Source: Adineta vaga
Taxonomy: Eukaryota; Animalia; Rotifera
Direction: 5' to 3'
DNA: 64,000 bases
NCBI GenBank assembly: GCA_021613535.1
Contig: CP075497.1
Span: forward strand, 7,006,001-7,070,000
The notes below the pieces were generated by a model. That model worked only from the letters and a program-made list of their open reading frames with translations. It searched no databases and was not told the DNA's origin. Made by a program: the position numbers and the translations under genes. Positions 40,990-55,175 of this stretch are shown in pieces. Each line of letters opens with the position of its first letter. The stretch's first letter is position 1.

Positions 40990-42947
40990 TATTATACTTT
41001 TAATGATTTACACACACCGTTCAAGCTATTTTGTTACTGAGAAGCTAGAGTACACATTATCGAACCAAATGCACACTTGCATTAATCATTTTGATGTGCA
41101 TACATTATATGCTCGGTCGTTGGGTTAATGGTTATGTGATGAAAGTGTCAGCATACAGTTGGGTTGCTTCAACGATGTGCATATGTGCATCTTATTCAAT
41201 TTTTTTTTCTTTCCTCTATCTCTCTTTCAACTACATCATCGTAGGTGAAACTAGTTTTGATTTGTTTTCTCTTTGGGGTTTCATGTGAAAAATGTTGAAC
41301 AAAAAAATTGTCATGCACGATTGAACACCATATGTATGTATACATATGTACATATAAAAAAAGAAGAAGAGAAGACAAACTAGTCACCACAACCATCGTC
41401 ATTATTATTATCATCATCATATTGATGAAACGAAGCATTTTGATAAAAGTGATACAAAAAAAAGAAGACGAAATGATTTTTTAATGAAGTATGCAAAGGA
41501 GAAAAAATGTGTCAAATAGAACGCGATCAAATGCGAATAATTCATGATAATCAGTTCATCTTAAACTTGACTTATGCATGGATGTCCTGAGAGAAAAGTG
41601 TACTACAGTTATGAAAAGAAATATACTTAGATTAGAAACTGAAGACATATCTTGATCATTTGATTCATTCAATTCAATTCAATTCAATTCAATGAGTAAT
41701 AATCATGCGATCTTTTTACCGTTTGAAAGATTGAATTCGTATTGATTTGATTTTGATTGACGAATGATCGTTATGCATCTTATATTCAAATCTCACTGAT
41801 TAGACAGACATACAGTTTTGTTTTGATATTTTAAAAATTTCCGACTATGTGAAAATATATTGAGTCAAAAGATTAATTGATACATGATAGAATATTACAT
41901 TTAGCGGCATATATACAGTATATTTTCAACTTGGTCGCACATTTGATAAATGACAATGTTTATGTCATACCTTGATATGTGCTCAAGGTCTTGTGTACTA
42001 TTAGCATATAACTGAAGCCAATTTTTTTAACTGTAACTTGTCACAACGTTACATAAATTAATTCTGGTAAGCATCACATAATAGACCTCGTGATAATTTA
42101 TCGAAATCTCTTGCTAGACAATCATCGGACTCCAAAACCGAGACATGAAATCGACACGAATAAACACAGATCTTCAAAACTGTCCGATGTTCGAAAACTA
42201 GGTCCAAGAAAATACAAACCACCATCTCAGTACTATCGACTGACTCTTTTTCCATTCGACATCTCAAATTTAACACTTGCGCACCTCGAAAATAAGATTA
42301 CCAATCGATCTTTGATTCTTATTTCATCGTATATTGATTAGCATCATCTTAAGTTTTGATTGACAACTAAATGAGAAATTTTCTTTTATATATTCCTCAT
42401 CGATATTTACACACGAAACTATCGTATTCAATCTTTGGATCAGTAATCTAGACAAGCATGATTGAGTTTAGTTACAAAGAAGAATCTTTTGTCAATGTAA
42501 TATCGTATAATTAACATATTATGATAGATTTGACAAAAATTGTATTGGATTTCTTAATAGAGAAGTTTCGGCGATTTGATTGCATTATAATATAAAAAAT
42601 ACATAGTTTTATGATGATTCATATAGATGAAGATGATCATAATATGACAATTAAACTAAAGTCATCGATAGCCTCTATACTTGTATGAAATTTTTTATGG
42701 GAGTAATTTATATGAATATCAACGATATATGATTAATCAAGAGAAAAAGATTGGATAGTCGATACATAGAGACATGTTTATTATTATTTCAATTATTCTT
42801 TCTCATTGGTAGATTATCTACCAATAGATAAATCTCGAACAAACAATTTATTTTACCGCAGTCAGACCTTCGTTCTGTTTACCTTTGTTTATTGTTTTTC
42901 TCCTTCTAGACGGTATACTGTTTTTACATTTCATCATCATCATCTAA

Positions 42948-44704
42948 ATGGCTCCACCAAAATTTGGCGATCTTAACAAACAAGTTTCGGACATTTTCAA
43001 TAAAGGCTACTGTAAAATATACCATTTAATTGAATTTGTTTTCTAAAAGGGCTCCTTTTCTTTATTTATAGTTTTCAATGTCTTTAAACTCGATGTAAAA
43101 ACTCGTACTGCTAATGGAGTTAATTTTAATGTTATTGGTGAACATAATACGGAAACAGCACGAACATTTGGTAGTCTGGAAACAAAATATGTTGTTCCCG
43201 AATATGGTTTAACATTTTTGGAAAAATGGAATACCGATAATTTACTTAAATGTGAAATTACCGCCGATAATCAATTAGCCCAAGGATTTAAAGTTGTATT
43301 CGATGCAACACTTATTCCAAATACGGGGTAATTTGAGAAAACATATTCAATGATTCTCTTTTCTATTGAGACGAAAAAATACTATTTGTAGAAATAGCTA
43401 CGAGAGACTTCATTTTGGTATGAAAACCCGTCCACTATCCTTAGATATCATATCCCAGAGGTATTTGTTTCATTTCATAATTTTTTCAACGGATAAAAGT
43501 CCAAAGTTAGTTTGATCTTCTCAACAACAAATATTCAGCTACTCTGCCAAACTTCAGATACGTGTACGTACACAAGTGAATAAATTACGTCTAACGGGAT
43601 CTTATACTCATACGGGAAACAATCTACATTGGTAAAAAGATTTTTCATTTGTAACAAATACGTGAAAAAGAGAATCTTCGTCTTTATTTTCGATTGAGTG
43701 GAATGCTAAGATATGTATTACTCTCGATGTTTTTATTTCTTTGTTTCAGGAAAAAAACTGCTGAACTTCGTACGGCTTATACACATGATAAAGCTCATGT
43801 TGAAACAAATGTTGCATTCGATGCTGCTGGACCTATTCTTAATGGTGCCATTGTTTTGGGCCATCAAGGTTGGTTAGCTGGTTATCAATATGTTTTCAAT
43901 ACAGCTCGATCATTATTAACAAAGAATAATTTTGCTGTTGGCTTCAGAGCTAAAGATTTTACTCTTTACGCAAATATGTAAGTTCAACTATCGAATTTGT
44001 ACCGTAGAAACGAATTATATCTAAACTTGATGAGAGATATCTACCATGAGTGTATGCGTTATTTTCTTGAAGTTCTAGAGAAAATGTCATAATGATGTCA
44101 TATGATCTTCAGCGTGTTTACTTAACATTTTAAAAGAGGCTCTTGTGTTTGAGATCAAGAGATCAATAAAAAATGCAATGCAAATTCGTTCCAAAGAAAT
44201 CGTCTGTTCGATTGATGTTAGTCTTTTTGTTCAAGGATGAGACTTTAAATATACACAACTATATCACCGTTAGGAAATGTTTCATGAATGCGAATCATTA
44301 ATGATAATAATCGCTTAACTTTATCTAAATTTTCGTTTGATAGGAATGATGCTAATGAAGTCGGTGGTAGCGTTTATCAACGTATTAATGATCGACTTGA
44401 AACCGGTATACAATTAGCTTGGACCGCTGGCTCTAATCAAACACGATTTGCACTTGCATCGAAATATCAACTTGATGCTCAAACTGTAGTCGGAGCCAAA
44501 GTGAACAATATTTGTCAAGTTGGTCTTTCATTCCAACAACTGCTGAGACCAGGTACAAAAACATTGAATTTTCTTTTTGAACAACTTATCTATATGTCAC
44601 GATATTGTTTAGGCGTCAAATTGACTTTATCAGCATTATTCGAAGCTCGCAATTTGAATGCTGGTGGACACAAAGTTGGTTTGGGACTTGAACTTGATGC
44701 TTAA
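42948..44704 (+). CDS. VDAC: Voltage-dependent anion channel (mitochondrial porin), 5 exons
   Basis: MAPPKFGDLNKQVSDIFNKGY, GSLETKY, YGLTFLEKWNTDN, GWLAGYQ, GGSVYQR, AKVNN, LRPGVKLTLSAL, NAGGHKVGLGLEL. Confidence 0.95.
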
Positions 44705-45623
44705 ATCCACAAAATTATTCAAAAAAACCTTTGTCGCAACGAGACTAGTTTTTTGTCCTTTTAATAACTATGCTATGTAGAACGAGTTCACAATTTACGT
44801 TTTAGGATATTACTGTGACTATGATTTAACTGGCGAGAAAAAGTCGATCATTGTTCTCCTACTTTTGTTTTTTCTTTACCGTATCCTCCTAGGTCTCGTT
44901 TATTTCGTTAAAAACAATATAATCATCTGAACAAGAAAATTTCCACACAATTTACTTGTATGAAATACTCAACTCTGACGATAAAATAACTAATTTTTCA
45001 TACGTTTATGTAGGGTGAATGATAGTCGAACGAGCATTGTATTCTTAATAATCTCTATTGCAAACAAAAAATTTCTATCTAGAAAAATATTATATCGCAA
45101 TTATTCAATCCATGATCTTCATCGAACATAATATAAAACGCATTACTATACAGAAATACTATTGTTTAACAAATAGATTTCTATTTTAGGTAATTATATA
45201 ATTATAAGGACAACGGAGAAAAGCCGTAATAAATTAGATTAACAATAGATTGATGAAACATAAATTAGTTAATTTCTTTAACACAGAGAGTTATGTATGT
45301 TTCTAAACAATCTATATGTGTATCACTCATCCATTACTAACGATCATTTTATTTTCTGCACGAATGATACGACGTGAAGTTTTTAGTCGTACAGCTGTGA
45401 TGACTGTTTGTACTTGAAATTTGAAAAGAGGAATCGATTATTTTACACGAACCTATTGCTCTCTTTTGGACACTACACGTGATCGTATAGCTATATATAC
45501 TCCGATTTTGATTATTATTTTTCTACATAAATTGGAAAGAAGCACTGTAAGGCACCGTGATACATATAAAAACAGTCAGTCCTTTAGAATAAATATTCAA
45601 CAAATCGATACCTCTAAATTTCA

Positions 45624-48206
45624 ATGGCTCCATACACTTTCGAACTTTTTGCGCCATACAACAAACAAGCTGGTCTACGACTCAAAAATGCTAATGCAAG
45701 AATGTTCGTACGTATCATCATTTACTTTCTTCTCTCTCGTTCATCTATCAACGTTATCCTATATTTTCAAGGGTCTCGACATTCCTATGGAACTCAATCA
45801 AGATGATGGACATTGGCGTGTCACTCTTGATCTACCCGATGGTAACACATCATCTTTCATCTATCTTACTCACTCTATCTCTCACTCACTCTCTTCAGGT
45901 ATCTATCATTATCAATACAAAGTCGTCACCAAATCATGGTTCGAACCGGAACCAGAACCTGCACTTCCTGACTATACAGATGATGACACCAAAAGTAAGT
46001 CACACATCTGCACAACACTTGTCTTCAACTCTTTTTATGCATTTAGCTGCCGATGAAAATGAACAGATTCGAAAGAACTATCGCGATGAATACGAAAAAC
46101 GAGTACAAGAAGTGAAAGAACGAAACAAGAAACGAGAAGAAGAAATCACATTCACTGAAGTGTGGTACACATTCGTTGATCCATATGCAACAGTAGTTGA
46201 TGAACGTGGTTCGGACGATGCATTTCGATCAGTTGGTATTCTCATTTTCAAAAATGGTTTGTTCATAGTATTTGATGATTGCAAGTTAATATGTATGTGT
46301 GTTTATTTGTAAGGAAAGAGAATTGTCGATGAATACGAATGGAAATATGACAACTCTGTTCCATTGGTAACGAATGATAAGTTGATCATTTATGAGATCC
46401 ATATAGGTGATTTTCAAGATCAATTCAAAGATGTGACAGCAAAGATGGACTATTTTGTTGGATTAGGTGTAACTGCTGGTGAGTAAACTGAAGTGGCTTT
46501 AAAAGTGTCAGTGAATTGTTGATTCTTTAGTGGAAATCATGCCGATTAAAGAATTTCCTGGAAAGATCGGATGGGGTTATACACCAAGATATTATTTTGC
46601 GATCGAAAGTGCATATGGAACAACTGTTGAGCTGAAAGAAATGATTGATACATTTCATAAACATGGAATTCGAGTGATCATGGATGGTGTATATAATCAT
46701 GTGTGTACCCCTTGCTGACTGACAGTTTTGTTTCTTAATGGATTATGATTTTAGTTCAGTTATATAAAATATCAATCTTTAATTATCAGATATATTTCCG
46801 TTTTAGTGTGATGTGTCTGCACCATATACTGCAATTGATCATGATTATTGGTAAATTGAACGAGACAGAGAATGATAAATACGATGTATTTTTCTCTTTT
46901 TCATGTAGGTTTCATCATGAACCGAAGGATCGAACTAATAGTTGGGGACCGGTTAGTTTCTATTAAAAATTTCACCCTCAAGATGACCTGTTTGTATATC
47001 ATTCATATATAAGGAATGGAATTATGAAAGATATGACGAAAAATTTAAAGTTTGGCCTGCAAGGAAATATATTGCAGATTCTGTACGATATTTCATCAAT
47101 GAGTTTCATACGGATGGTAAATTTATCTTTTTAAACAAAAGTTCTATACATTTATTTTGAAAAAAGGTACTCGATTTGATGCAGCAACTCAAATAAATCA
47201 TGAGGAATTTCTTGGAAGTATTTCTCAATCAGCACGAGACCAAGCACGTGATCGGTATAATACAATTCGATCATTTTTGAATTAACATTTATTCTTCTTC
47301 ATTGAGGGCTTTTGCACATGAATTCCTTTGTGTTGGAGAATATCTTCCAGATAGAATTGAATCAGTGCTATCCAATGGTGGGCCTATGGATAGCATATGG
47401 CATGAGTGTTTTTATTGGAAACTACGCGATGCAATTGTGTTTGATGCAGTAAACTGGAATGATTTGAAGGATATTATTGATGGTCGCCGACGAGGTTATA
47501 AAAATATCGTTGATATTGTTAATTATCAATCTAATCATGATCATGATCGTATGCTTGTTGAATTGGGTAAAGAACAACTAGAAATCGATTCTTTTTTGTC
47601 TGATTGAATTTATTTTATTTTATTTTAGGTAAAGAACGGCAAATCTTTGATCAGGATGCATTTCGGCGTGTTCGTATGGCATTTACAATTCAAGCAACAT
47701 CTTTTGGTTTAATGATGATTTGGATGGGAGAAGAAATTGGTGAATACAAGGAGAAAACACCTGATGTAGCAAAATTAGATTGGTCATTAATTGAAGATCG
47801 TCAAGATAACGTAAATGCCATTAACAAAGAACATTTACAATATTACAAAAATGTAATTCAATTACGAAAACTAAATTCAGCATTAACAGCTCCGAATCTA
47901 GAGTTTATCTATGAACATATTGATAATCAAATATTAGTGTGGCATCGTTGGAATAATACAACGAATGATATTCAAACACAGGAAAATCATATTATTATTA
48001 TATGTAATTGGTCATCAACGACATATGAGAACTATGAAATTTTGAATATACCACGTAATGGTCATTGGTATGAATGGTTGAATAATGATAAAGAATATGT
48101 GGTGGAAAACAATAAATTAATCCTTGAAAATCTTATCGATCATAGCGTTAGAATTTTGGTGTATCAAATGAAAAAATGTGAAGAAGATAAAGTTTCTGTA
48201 GGTTAA
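45624..48206 (+). CDS. GH13 alpha-amylase-family enzyme with N-terminal CBM48-like domain (bacterial branching enzyme / trehalohydrolase-like), tandem copy 1
   Basis: FELFAPYNK, DPYAT, IIYEIHIGDF, EIMPI, WGYTP, GIRVIMDGVYNH. Catalytic triad motifs TRFDAA, VGEYLP and NHDHD. Also MIWMGEEIG. About 11 spliceosomal introns. Confidence 0.88.
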
Positions 48207-50130
48207 TTTAGATTTATAATTCTTCGTTTATATGTTGTTTTTACACGTAGAAAATATATATTTAGTGAATTGAAACACTTTTATCATGTTTAAAATTCGT
48301 AAAGAAATCACGTATTTCATTGTGAAAGCAAACGATCGATTATAGTGAGAGATATACTGATTCATTTTCTGATCTTTTTCACACACCTTTCGTGTTTGTT
48401 GACTTATATATATTTGATTAAATTGGATATTTTCATGAACACATGGAATGATAATTAATAAGGAACACTTTCGATTTCTTATATTTTTAACTCACTCACA
48501 CCCTCATGATATTATATGATGAATTGATAGATTTGCAAATATATTGTGACAGATAATCATCTTTGAATAAATTATTTTATTATTTACATGCATAATTTAA
48601 ACTCCATTCTATTGAATGAATTGTTTATGACTTTGATTTCTATGTATTAAAATGAATTTTTTGACTTTCAAATCATTCAATAATTTATTAATAACATGAT
48701 AACTTCATTCTTCGAAAATTTATTTTTTTTTGTTTTATAAAATTGAAAATATGAAAGAGAGTGAACACATATGTAACCAAATTCTTTTCGATCCTACGAG
48801 ATCTGGTTTTATATACTTATCAACGTCATTTTTCTCTACAAACTATTTCATGATTTTGACAGAAGAAAAAATTAGTTTTGTTCTCTTATCATACTCTTTT
48901 TTCGTCCTTTTAATAGCTAAAAATAACTCGAACGTAAATGTCGATGATGTGTAAAATAGAACACAGTAATCCTTATCAATCATGCATTATCATTCAGATA
49001 GGTAGTCGTTTCGATTAGAAAAATATACTTACTTACACATGTAATTCATTACTAGTATATGAATAAGAGGCGTATAGCTAAGTTTCTATTCGCTCATGCT
49101 TCTAGCGAATACTATCAGACATTGTGCTCAGCTGCGCTGCTCGGCTTTCCTTTGTGTTCTACGAGTGCAAACTACTTTTTCTCCATTCTATCTGCTTATA
49201 TAAATAAGAACGAGGTCAAATGTCTGAATTGATGGGTGCAAGAAGAAACTCATGGCAATCGTCATTTCGGCGAGAATAATTTTTGTTTAAGAATATCTTG
49301 TCTATTTTAGATATAATATTTTATTGATTTATTCTGTTTTAGAAAACAAAACGGCAAGTAAGTTATTAGAAAGGATATGTTTTAGTTAAATCAATTGAGT
49401 ACAATAAAGCGTAGTCATGTAGAAACTAAGGACAAGATTGCGTGTGCTTCGTTCATCAGAGAAAAAAGTAACTATTTGTATTCAACCAATCAAATATCAT
49501 AAGCGACAACGTTATCGTGATACTTATTTTTTAAAGATTTTAAATTGTAATCGGAAACTTCAATTATTTGAAGATTTATCGCAAATTTCACGTCCGTGAA
49601 GCATCAGACCTGTATGCGAAACATGAATATTCATTTTACTAATGAATTCCCGATTTTCTATAAGTACGAAGGTACCATGTTAGTAATTACTATGTTTTAC
49701 GTCTTTGACTACGTAGTATCGCAAGTGTCTAGTCTTTATATTATTGATACGTACTCTTCTGCTATCTTATATGGTACCTGTTCACTTCATACAGCTGCGG
49801 CAATGTTCATGTTCTCATTCTTTTTTCTAGACTAAAGAAGATAAAAATATTCTGTCCATACAGCTGTCAGTTCAAATCTATCGCAACTAAAATAAAAGAG
49901 AAAGAGAGCGAGCGTTTGTGCATGAAGGCGTCACGTACACTGCTCTAAATCGTACGTCATAGCCCACACATTTTCCCCTCCTTTCATATGACCATCACCA
50001 CTGCGTACTTTATCCTTTTTCATTGTTACGTCGTTCACAGAACGAAAAGAAATTGGACTAGACATATGATAAAAAGAGAACGTATTTATGTGCATTTACT
50101 TGTATTCACATTATTTAAGAATATACTTCA

Positions 50131-53015
50131 ATGGCTCCATACACTTTCGAACTTTTTGCGCCATACAACAAACAAGCTGGTCTGCGACTCAAAAATGCTA
50201 ATGCAAGAATGTTCGTACGTATCATCATTTACTTTCTTCTCTCGCGTTCATCTATCAACGTTATCCTATATTTTCAAGGGTCTCGACATTCCTATGGAAC
50301 TCAACCAAGATGATGGACATTGGCGTGTCACTCTTGATCTACCCGATGGTAACACATCATCTTTCTTCATCTCACTCACTCACTCACTCTCTTCAGGTAT
50401 CTATCATTATCAATACAAAGTCGTCACCAAATCATGGTTCGAACCGGAACCAGAACCTGCACTTCCTGACTATACAGATGATGACACCAAAAGTAAGTCA
50501 CACATCTTCACAACACTTGTCTCCAACTCTCTTTGTATTTAGCTGCCGATGAAAATGAACAGATTCGAAAGAACTATCGCGATGAATACGAAAAACGAGT
50601 ACAAGAAGTGAAAGAACGAAACAAGAAACGAGAAGAAGAAATCACATTCACTGAAGTGTGGTACACATTCGTTGATCCATATGCAACAGTAGTTGATGAA
50701 CGTGGTTCGGACGATGCATTTCGATCAGTTGGTATTCTCATTTTCAAAAATGGTTTGTTCATAGTATTTGATGATTGCAAGTTAATATGTATGTGTGTTT
50801 ATTTGTAAGGAAAGAGAATTGTCGATGAATACGAATGGAAATATGACAACTCTGTTCCATTGGTAACGAATGATAAGTTGATCATTTATGAGATCCATAT
50901 AGGTGATTTTCAAGATCAATTCAAAGATGTGACAGCAAAGATGGACTATTTTGTTGGATTAGGTGTAACTGCTGGTAAGTTGAATCTAAATATTTTGTAC
51001 ATTAATAATAGGATCCTGTTTGTTATAGTGGAAATCATGCCAATCAAAGAATATCCTGGACAAATCGGATGGGGTTATACACCAAGATATCATTTTGCTA
51101 TTCAAAGTACTTATGGAACAACATCAGAATTGAAAGAAATGATCGATACATTTCATAAACATGGTATACGTGTTATTATGGATGGTGTTTACAATCATGT
51201 AAGTATCTATCTCTAAAGATACTGAATGTCAAAAAATGTGGACATTTTTTCAAAGAGATAATATTTCGAAAACTTACTTTAAGTTTTATGACATAAAAGA
51301 TAAGTTCATTTTGAAGATGAAAATCATATACTATGTTCGTATTAGTGATCTACGGAATGCTGAAGCATGATGCATTATTTCATTCAAAAATAATTTTCTT
51401 CTATCTAAACTATTACAAGGAACACGTCATCACGATATTCACAATGTCTCTTCATTCAAATCTACGAAAGGTTTCAATGCGTAAGACATAAACAGATAAA
51501 AATATCATTCCCTGATTTCAAGTTCAAACTGAAGAATTCTTTTCATTCTTCCAAAACTGCAACCTTAAACAACTAAAGTTGCTTTATATGATAAATCTTA
51601 TTCGATGCATTTTAGTGTGACGTATCAGCTCCATATACTGCAATTGATCATGATTACTGGTAGGTGAAATGAATGTATGAATTTGAATCACATATATAGA
51701 TATTATCTTTCAATAGGTTCCTCCATGAGCCAAAAGATCGTGTCTGGAGTTGGGGACCAGTAAGTTTTTCATTGATGTTTATGAATAAAAGGTTTTCTTG
51801 TTTTCTATCGAAGGAATGGAATTATCACAAATATGATGAAAAATATAAACTTTGGCCAGCAAGAAAATATGTTGGTGATTCCATTCGATATTTTATCAAT
51901 GAATTTCATATTGATGGTAAATTTTTTTTCCTTATCCCCTAAAAATTATTAGGAGATTTCATTTCTCTTTCAAAGGTATTCGTTTCGATGCAGCTACTCA
52001 AATTGCTAATGATGAATTTTTGAAAGTAGTTGTACAACAATCAAAAGAACAAGCTCGTGAACGGTAGTCTATATCATTCTTGTATTTTTATTGAAAGATT
52101 TATTCTTATTCATTTTCCAGTGGATTTGGAACAGAATTCTATTGTGTTGGTGAATATCTTCCGGATAAACCTGAATATGTTGAATCAAATGGCGGACCTA
52201 TGGACGGAATATGGCATGATAGTTTCTACTGGAAAATTCGAGGAGCAATGGTTACTGACACACCAAATTGGCAGGAATTAAAAGATGTCATTGATGCTCG
52301 TCGACAAGGATACAAAAACATATGGGATGTTGTTAACTATCAATCCAATCATGATCATGATCGTCTATTAGTAGATCTTGGTTAGTAAAAGATTTACAAA
52401 TCAGTCTTTTGATTTCATTTATATTCTATGACTTTAGGAAAAGAACATCAAATCTTTGATGAAGATGCATTTCGTCGTGTTCGTATGGCATTTACAATTC
52501 AGGCAGCATCTTTTGGTTTAATGATGATTTGGATGGGTGCTGAATTTGGTGAATATAAAGAAAAAACACCTGGTATTGCTAAACTTGATTGGTCATTAAT
52601 TGAAGATCGTGAAGATAATTCAAACGCTTTAAATAAGAATCAGTTACAATATTATAAAGATGTTATTCAATTACGTAAACTTAATTTAGCTTTAACAACT
52701 ACAAATCTGGAATTTATCTTTGAAGAAGAAAATCATCAAATTATGGCTTGGCATCGATGGAATTCACCGATTCATGATCCTCATAAACAAGGTGATCATA
52801 TCGTTGCTGTATGTAATTGGTCATCAACGACATATGAAAACTATGAAATTTTGAATATACCACGTAATGGTCATTGGTATGAATGGTTGAATAATGATAA
52901 AAAATATCTCGTAGAAAATAATAAACTTATTATTGATAATTTCATTGATCATACTGCTCGAGTTTTTGTATACGAAGTAAAAAAATCAGTTGAATTAAAA
53001 CGAGTAGCTAGTTGA
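50131..53015 (+). CDS. GH13 alpha-amylase-family enzyme with CBM48-like domain, tandem copy 2
   Basis: Same exon structure as copy 1, with DGIRFDAA, VGEYLP and NHDHD intact. Stop TGA ends at 53015. Confidence 0.88.
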
Positions 53016-53245
53016 TATGAATAAATAAGCATATCGGAAATTTCAATGTATATATGTGTTTTTAGAAAGTTATCACAAAATAAATGTCCTTATCTTTTGC
53101 GTACAATCGAATTCTATGTCATTTTCTTTTTAAAAATAAAAATAAACAATGTATCCCTTGATGTTTGAAATATATGTCATGTACAATTTGCATTGAAAAT
53201 CAAAAAAAGGCGCTTAACTTTATATAATTCCGTTCATCATGTTTT

Positions 53246-53485
53246 ATGGTGAATACATCATTTTTTCAAATTCATAATACAACTACATCTACTACACACC
53301 CATCTTTTATTTATATACATTCGAAAATCTTCTCAATTATTGGTATTTTACTTATACCAATTCTTCTTCTTTGTTTAGCGATTGGTTTTTATTTTTATAA
53401 ACAATATCTAAAGAATCATATTCAACAAGAACTACTAGGAAATGAAATGATTGAAATCAATGAAAACAATTTATCTGTAAAATAA
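53246..53485 (+). CDS. Putative single-pass membrane microprotein (79 aa)
   Basis: ATG-initiated single-exon ORF with a Thr-rich N-terminus carrying NxS/T sequons (NTS, NTT), a 23-aa hydrophobic helix (IFSIIGILLIPILLLCLAIGFYF) and basic residues after it. Confidence 0.5.
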   Translation: MVNTSFFQIHNTTTSTTHPSFIYIHSKIFSIIGILLIPILLLCLAIGFYFYKQYLKNHIQQELLGNEMIEINENNLSVK

Positions 53486-53513
53486 AAACTTCATTTGATC
53501 AATCATGTTTCTT

Positions 53514-53773
53514 TTATTTCGATGCTGATGATTTCGAAGTAGGAAAACCAGAACAAACAACTGGACTCTGAGCACCATGTTCTAAACAACATTGTTTTAA
53601 TTTATTCAAAACTTTTTCACATTTATCTGGATTATATAAATGTTCTGAAATAAACATTATTCAAATCGATTCATTCGAAACATACTTCACAATATCTTAC
53701 TGTCGAGACATGTTTGTAATTCACATGCAAAATTTTGACAAAATTCTGATTGTTGTTTATTGGTATTCGACAT
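53514..53773 (-). CDS. CMC4: Cx9C motif-containing protein 4 (p8MTCP1-like), 2 exons (53773-53701, 53644-53514); absent from the ORF track
   Basis: Spliced translation MSNTNKQQSEFCQNFACELQTCLDKHLYNPDKCEKVLNKLKQCCLEHGAQSPVVCSGFPTSKSSASK*. It matches the CMC4 pattern CQxxACExQxCL...KC...CC...VVCSGF. Intron is 56 nt, GT-AG. Confidence 0.9.
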
Positions 53774-54244
53774 ATTAATTTGAGTTGAGATGAGATAATT
53801 ATTAAAATACAAATAAATAATGAATGTCTGTCCGTTCGTCTAATCTATGTATAGTCAATACGATCAATCAAAGAATTTCGATAGATGGCAGTATCTTGTT
53901 ACTATCTTTATAATCGAATTATTTCTCTTTTACACACTTCATACATTCAGAAAATGAATAAGTAATTATTCATTTCTTTTCACTTTAAAAAAAAAGAAAA
54001 ATAATTCTCATATGAATATAATTCAACAGGCTCGTCTGTCAATTTCAAATAATCAACAATCATTTTTTCCTTCTCTCTCACCCTCAGTACATAGAAAACA
54101 GCATTGTTCTCGGCGAGATTTTTCTAATTTGCTTTCCGTTTTTGCTTTTCTTCTCTTGCCTATATAATTGTCAATCTTTCTATGAAAGCTGCTAACATTC
54201 GAACGGCTTCATCATCGACGATTTGCTTTTCTTTCCCACCTTAG

Positions 54245-55175
54245 TTACACATCCATCAACCGACACTTGTCAAAAAGAAGAATTGAAATCGAATAGATAT
54301 TACGTCGACAAAAATCAACTTTGGCATCAAAGGGAAGCCTGTTATTGTCCTAATCGAAAAATGTATAAGTATAAATGTTTCCGTTCGTCATTCCTTTTTC
54401 TTATCAAAGAGGACGAAGTATGACAGCAAGTTTAATGTTTGAACGTGTAAGTAATCACAGCTGTTCATTTCCATTCGAGAAAACATCGACAATAGATGGA
54501 AAATCTTATTACAAATTTTGTCAACTTGAATTGCGACAATTATTAAAAGAAAATCGTTTTCATCAAAAACAAGATGGAAATTTCTCAAAAGGCAAAAGTC
54601 AAACAATTGATAATAAGCATTTGATAATGGACCGTCAACGTGAGAAAACAAAATTACAAGCAAGAAATTCTGATACTGAGAAAAGAACTACACTAATTTC
54701 TAGTGTTTCATTGCCTAACAATAGCAATACAATCGAATCTCAATCGAAATCAAGGATGAAAACTAAATATTCTTTATCGTAAGTAATTCTATTTTTCGAA
54801 TGAAGAAAATATTTTTTTTAATTTAGATCAACAAAACATCATTCTGTAATCAATTCCTTCTCAACTAAACAGAAAAATCATTCTATTAAACCATTACTGA
54901 AACTTCCAACAATTGAAATTGTTGATGATAATGATGAGAATTTATCATTTTCTAATGCTTATTCTTATACACAAGTATTATCTTCATCACACGATCACAA
55001 TCATGAAAATGATCAATATGCTCAACAACTTATTCTTAAAGCCATCATGTCTCATTTAAATTCCTGTGCAACACCTGACATTTCCAAATGGAATGTTTAT
55101 CGTGATTTTCATAATAAATTCTCAATGAGTACATCTCCCAATATCTATCGAAATTTTGAACGAATTATTCTTTAA
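54245..55175 (+). CDS. Uncharacterised protein, at least 3 exons; start unresolved
   Basis: ORFs 54223-54423 and 54375-54782 and an open exon from about 54827 to TAA 55173-55175 join through phase-compatible GT-AG introns. No recognisable domain. Confidence 0.5.

Noticed and set aside
42058-42341. Overlapping short ORFs on both strands upstream of VDAC
   Set aside because: No family motifs or supporting gene structure; the plus-strand ORF has a non-ATG start.
14183-51028. Several stop-free introns of length 3n (14183-14239, 14720-14779, 16372-16431, 44553-44612, 45842-45898, 50349-50396, 50975-51028)
   Set aside because: With roughly a hundred short introns in the window, a handful are expected by chance, and there is no evidence of functional retention without RNA data.
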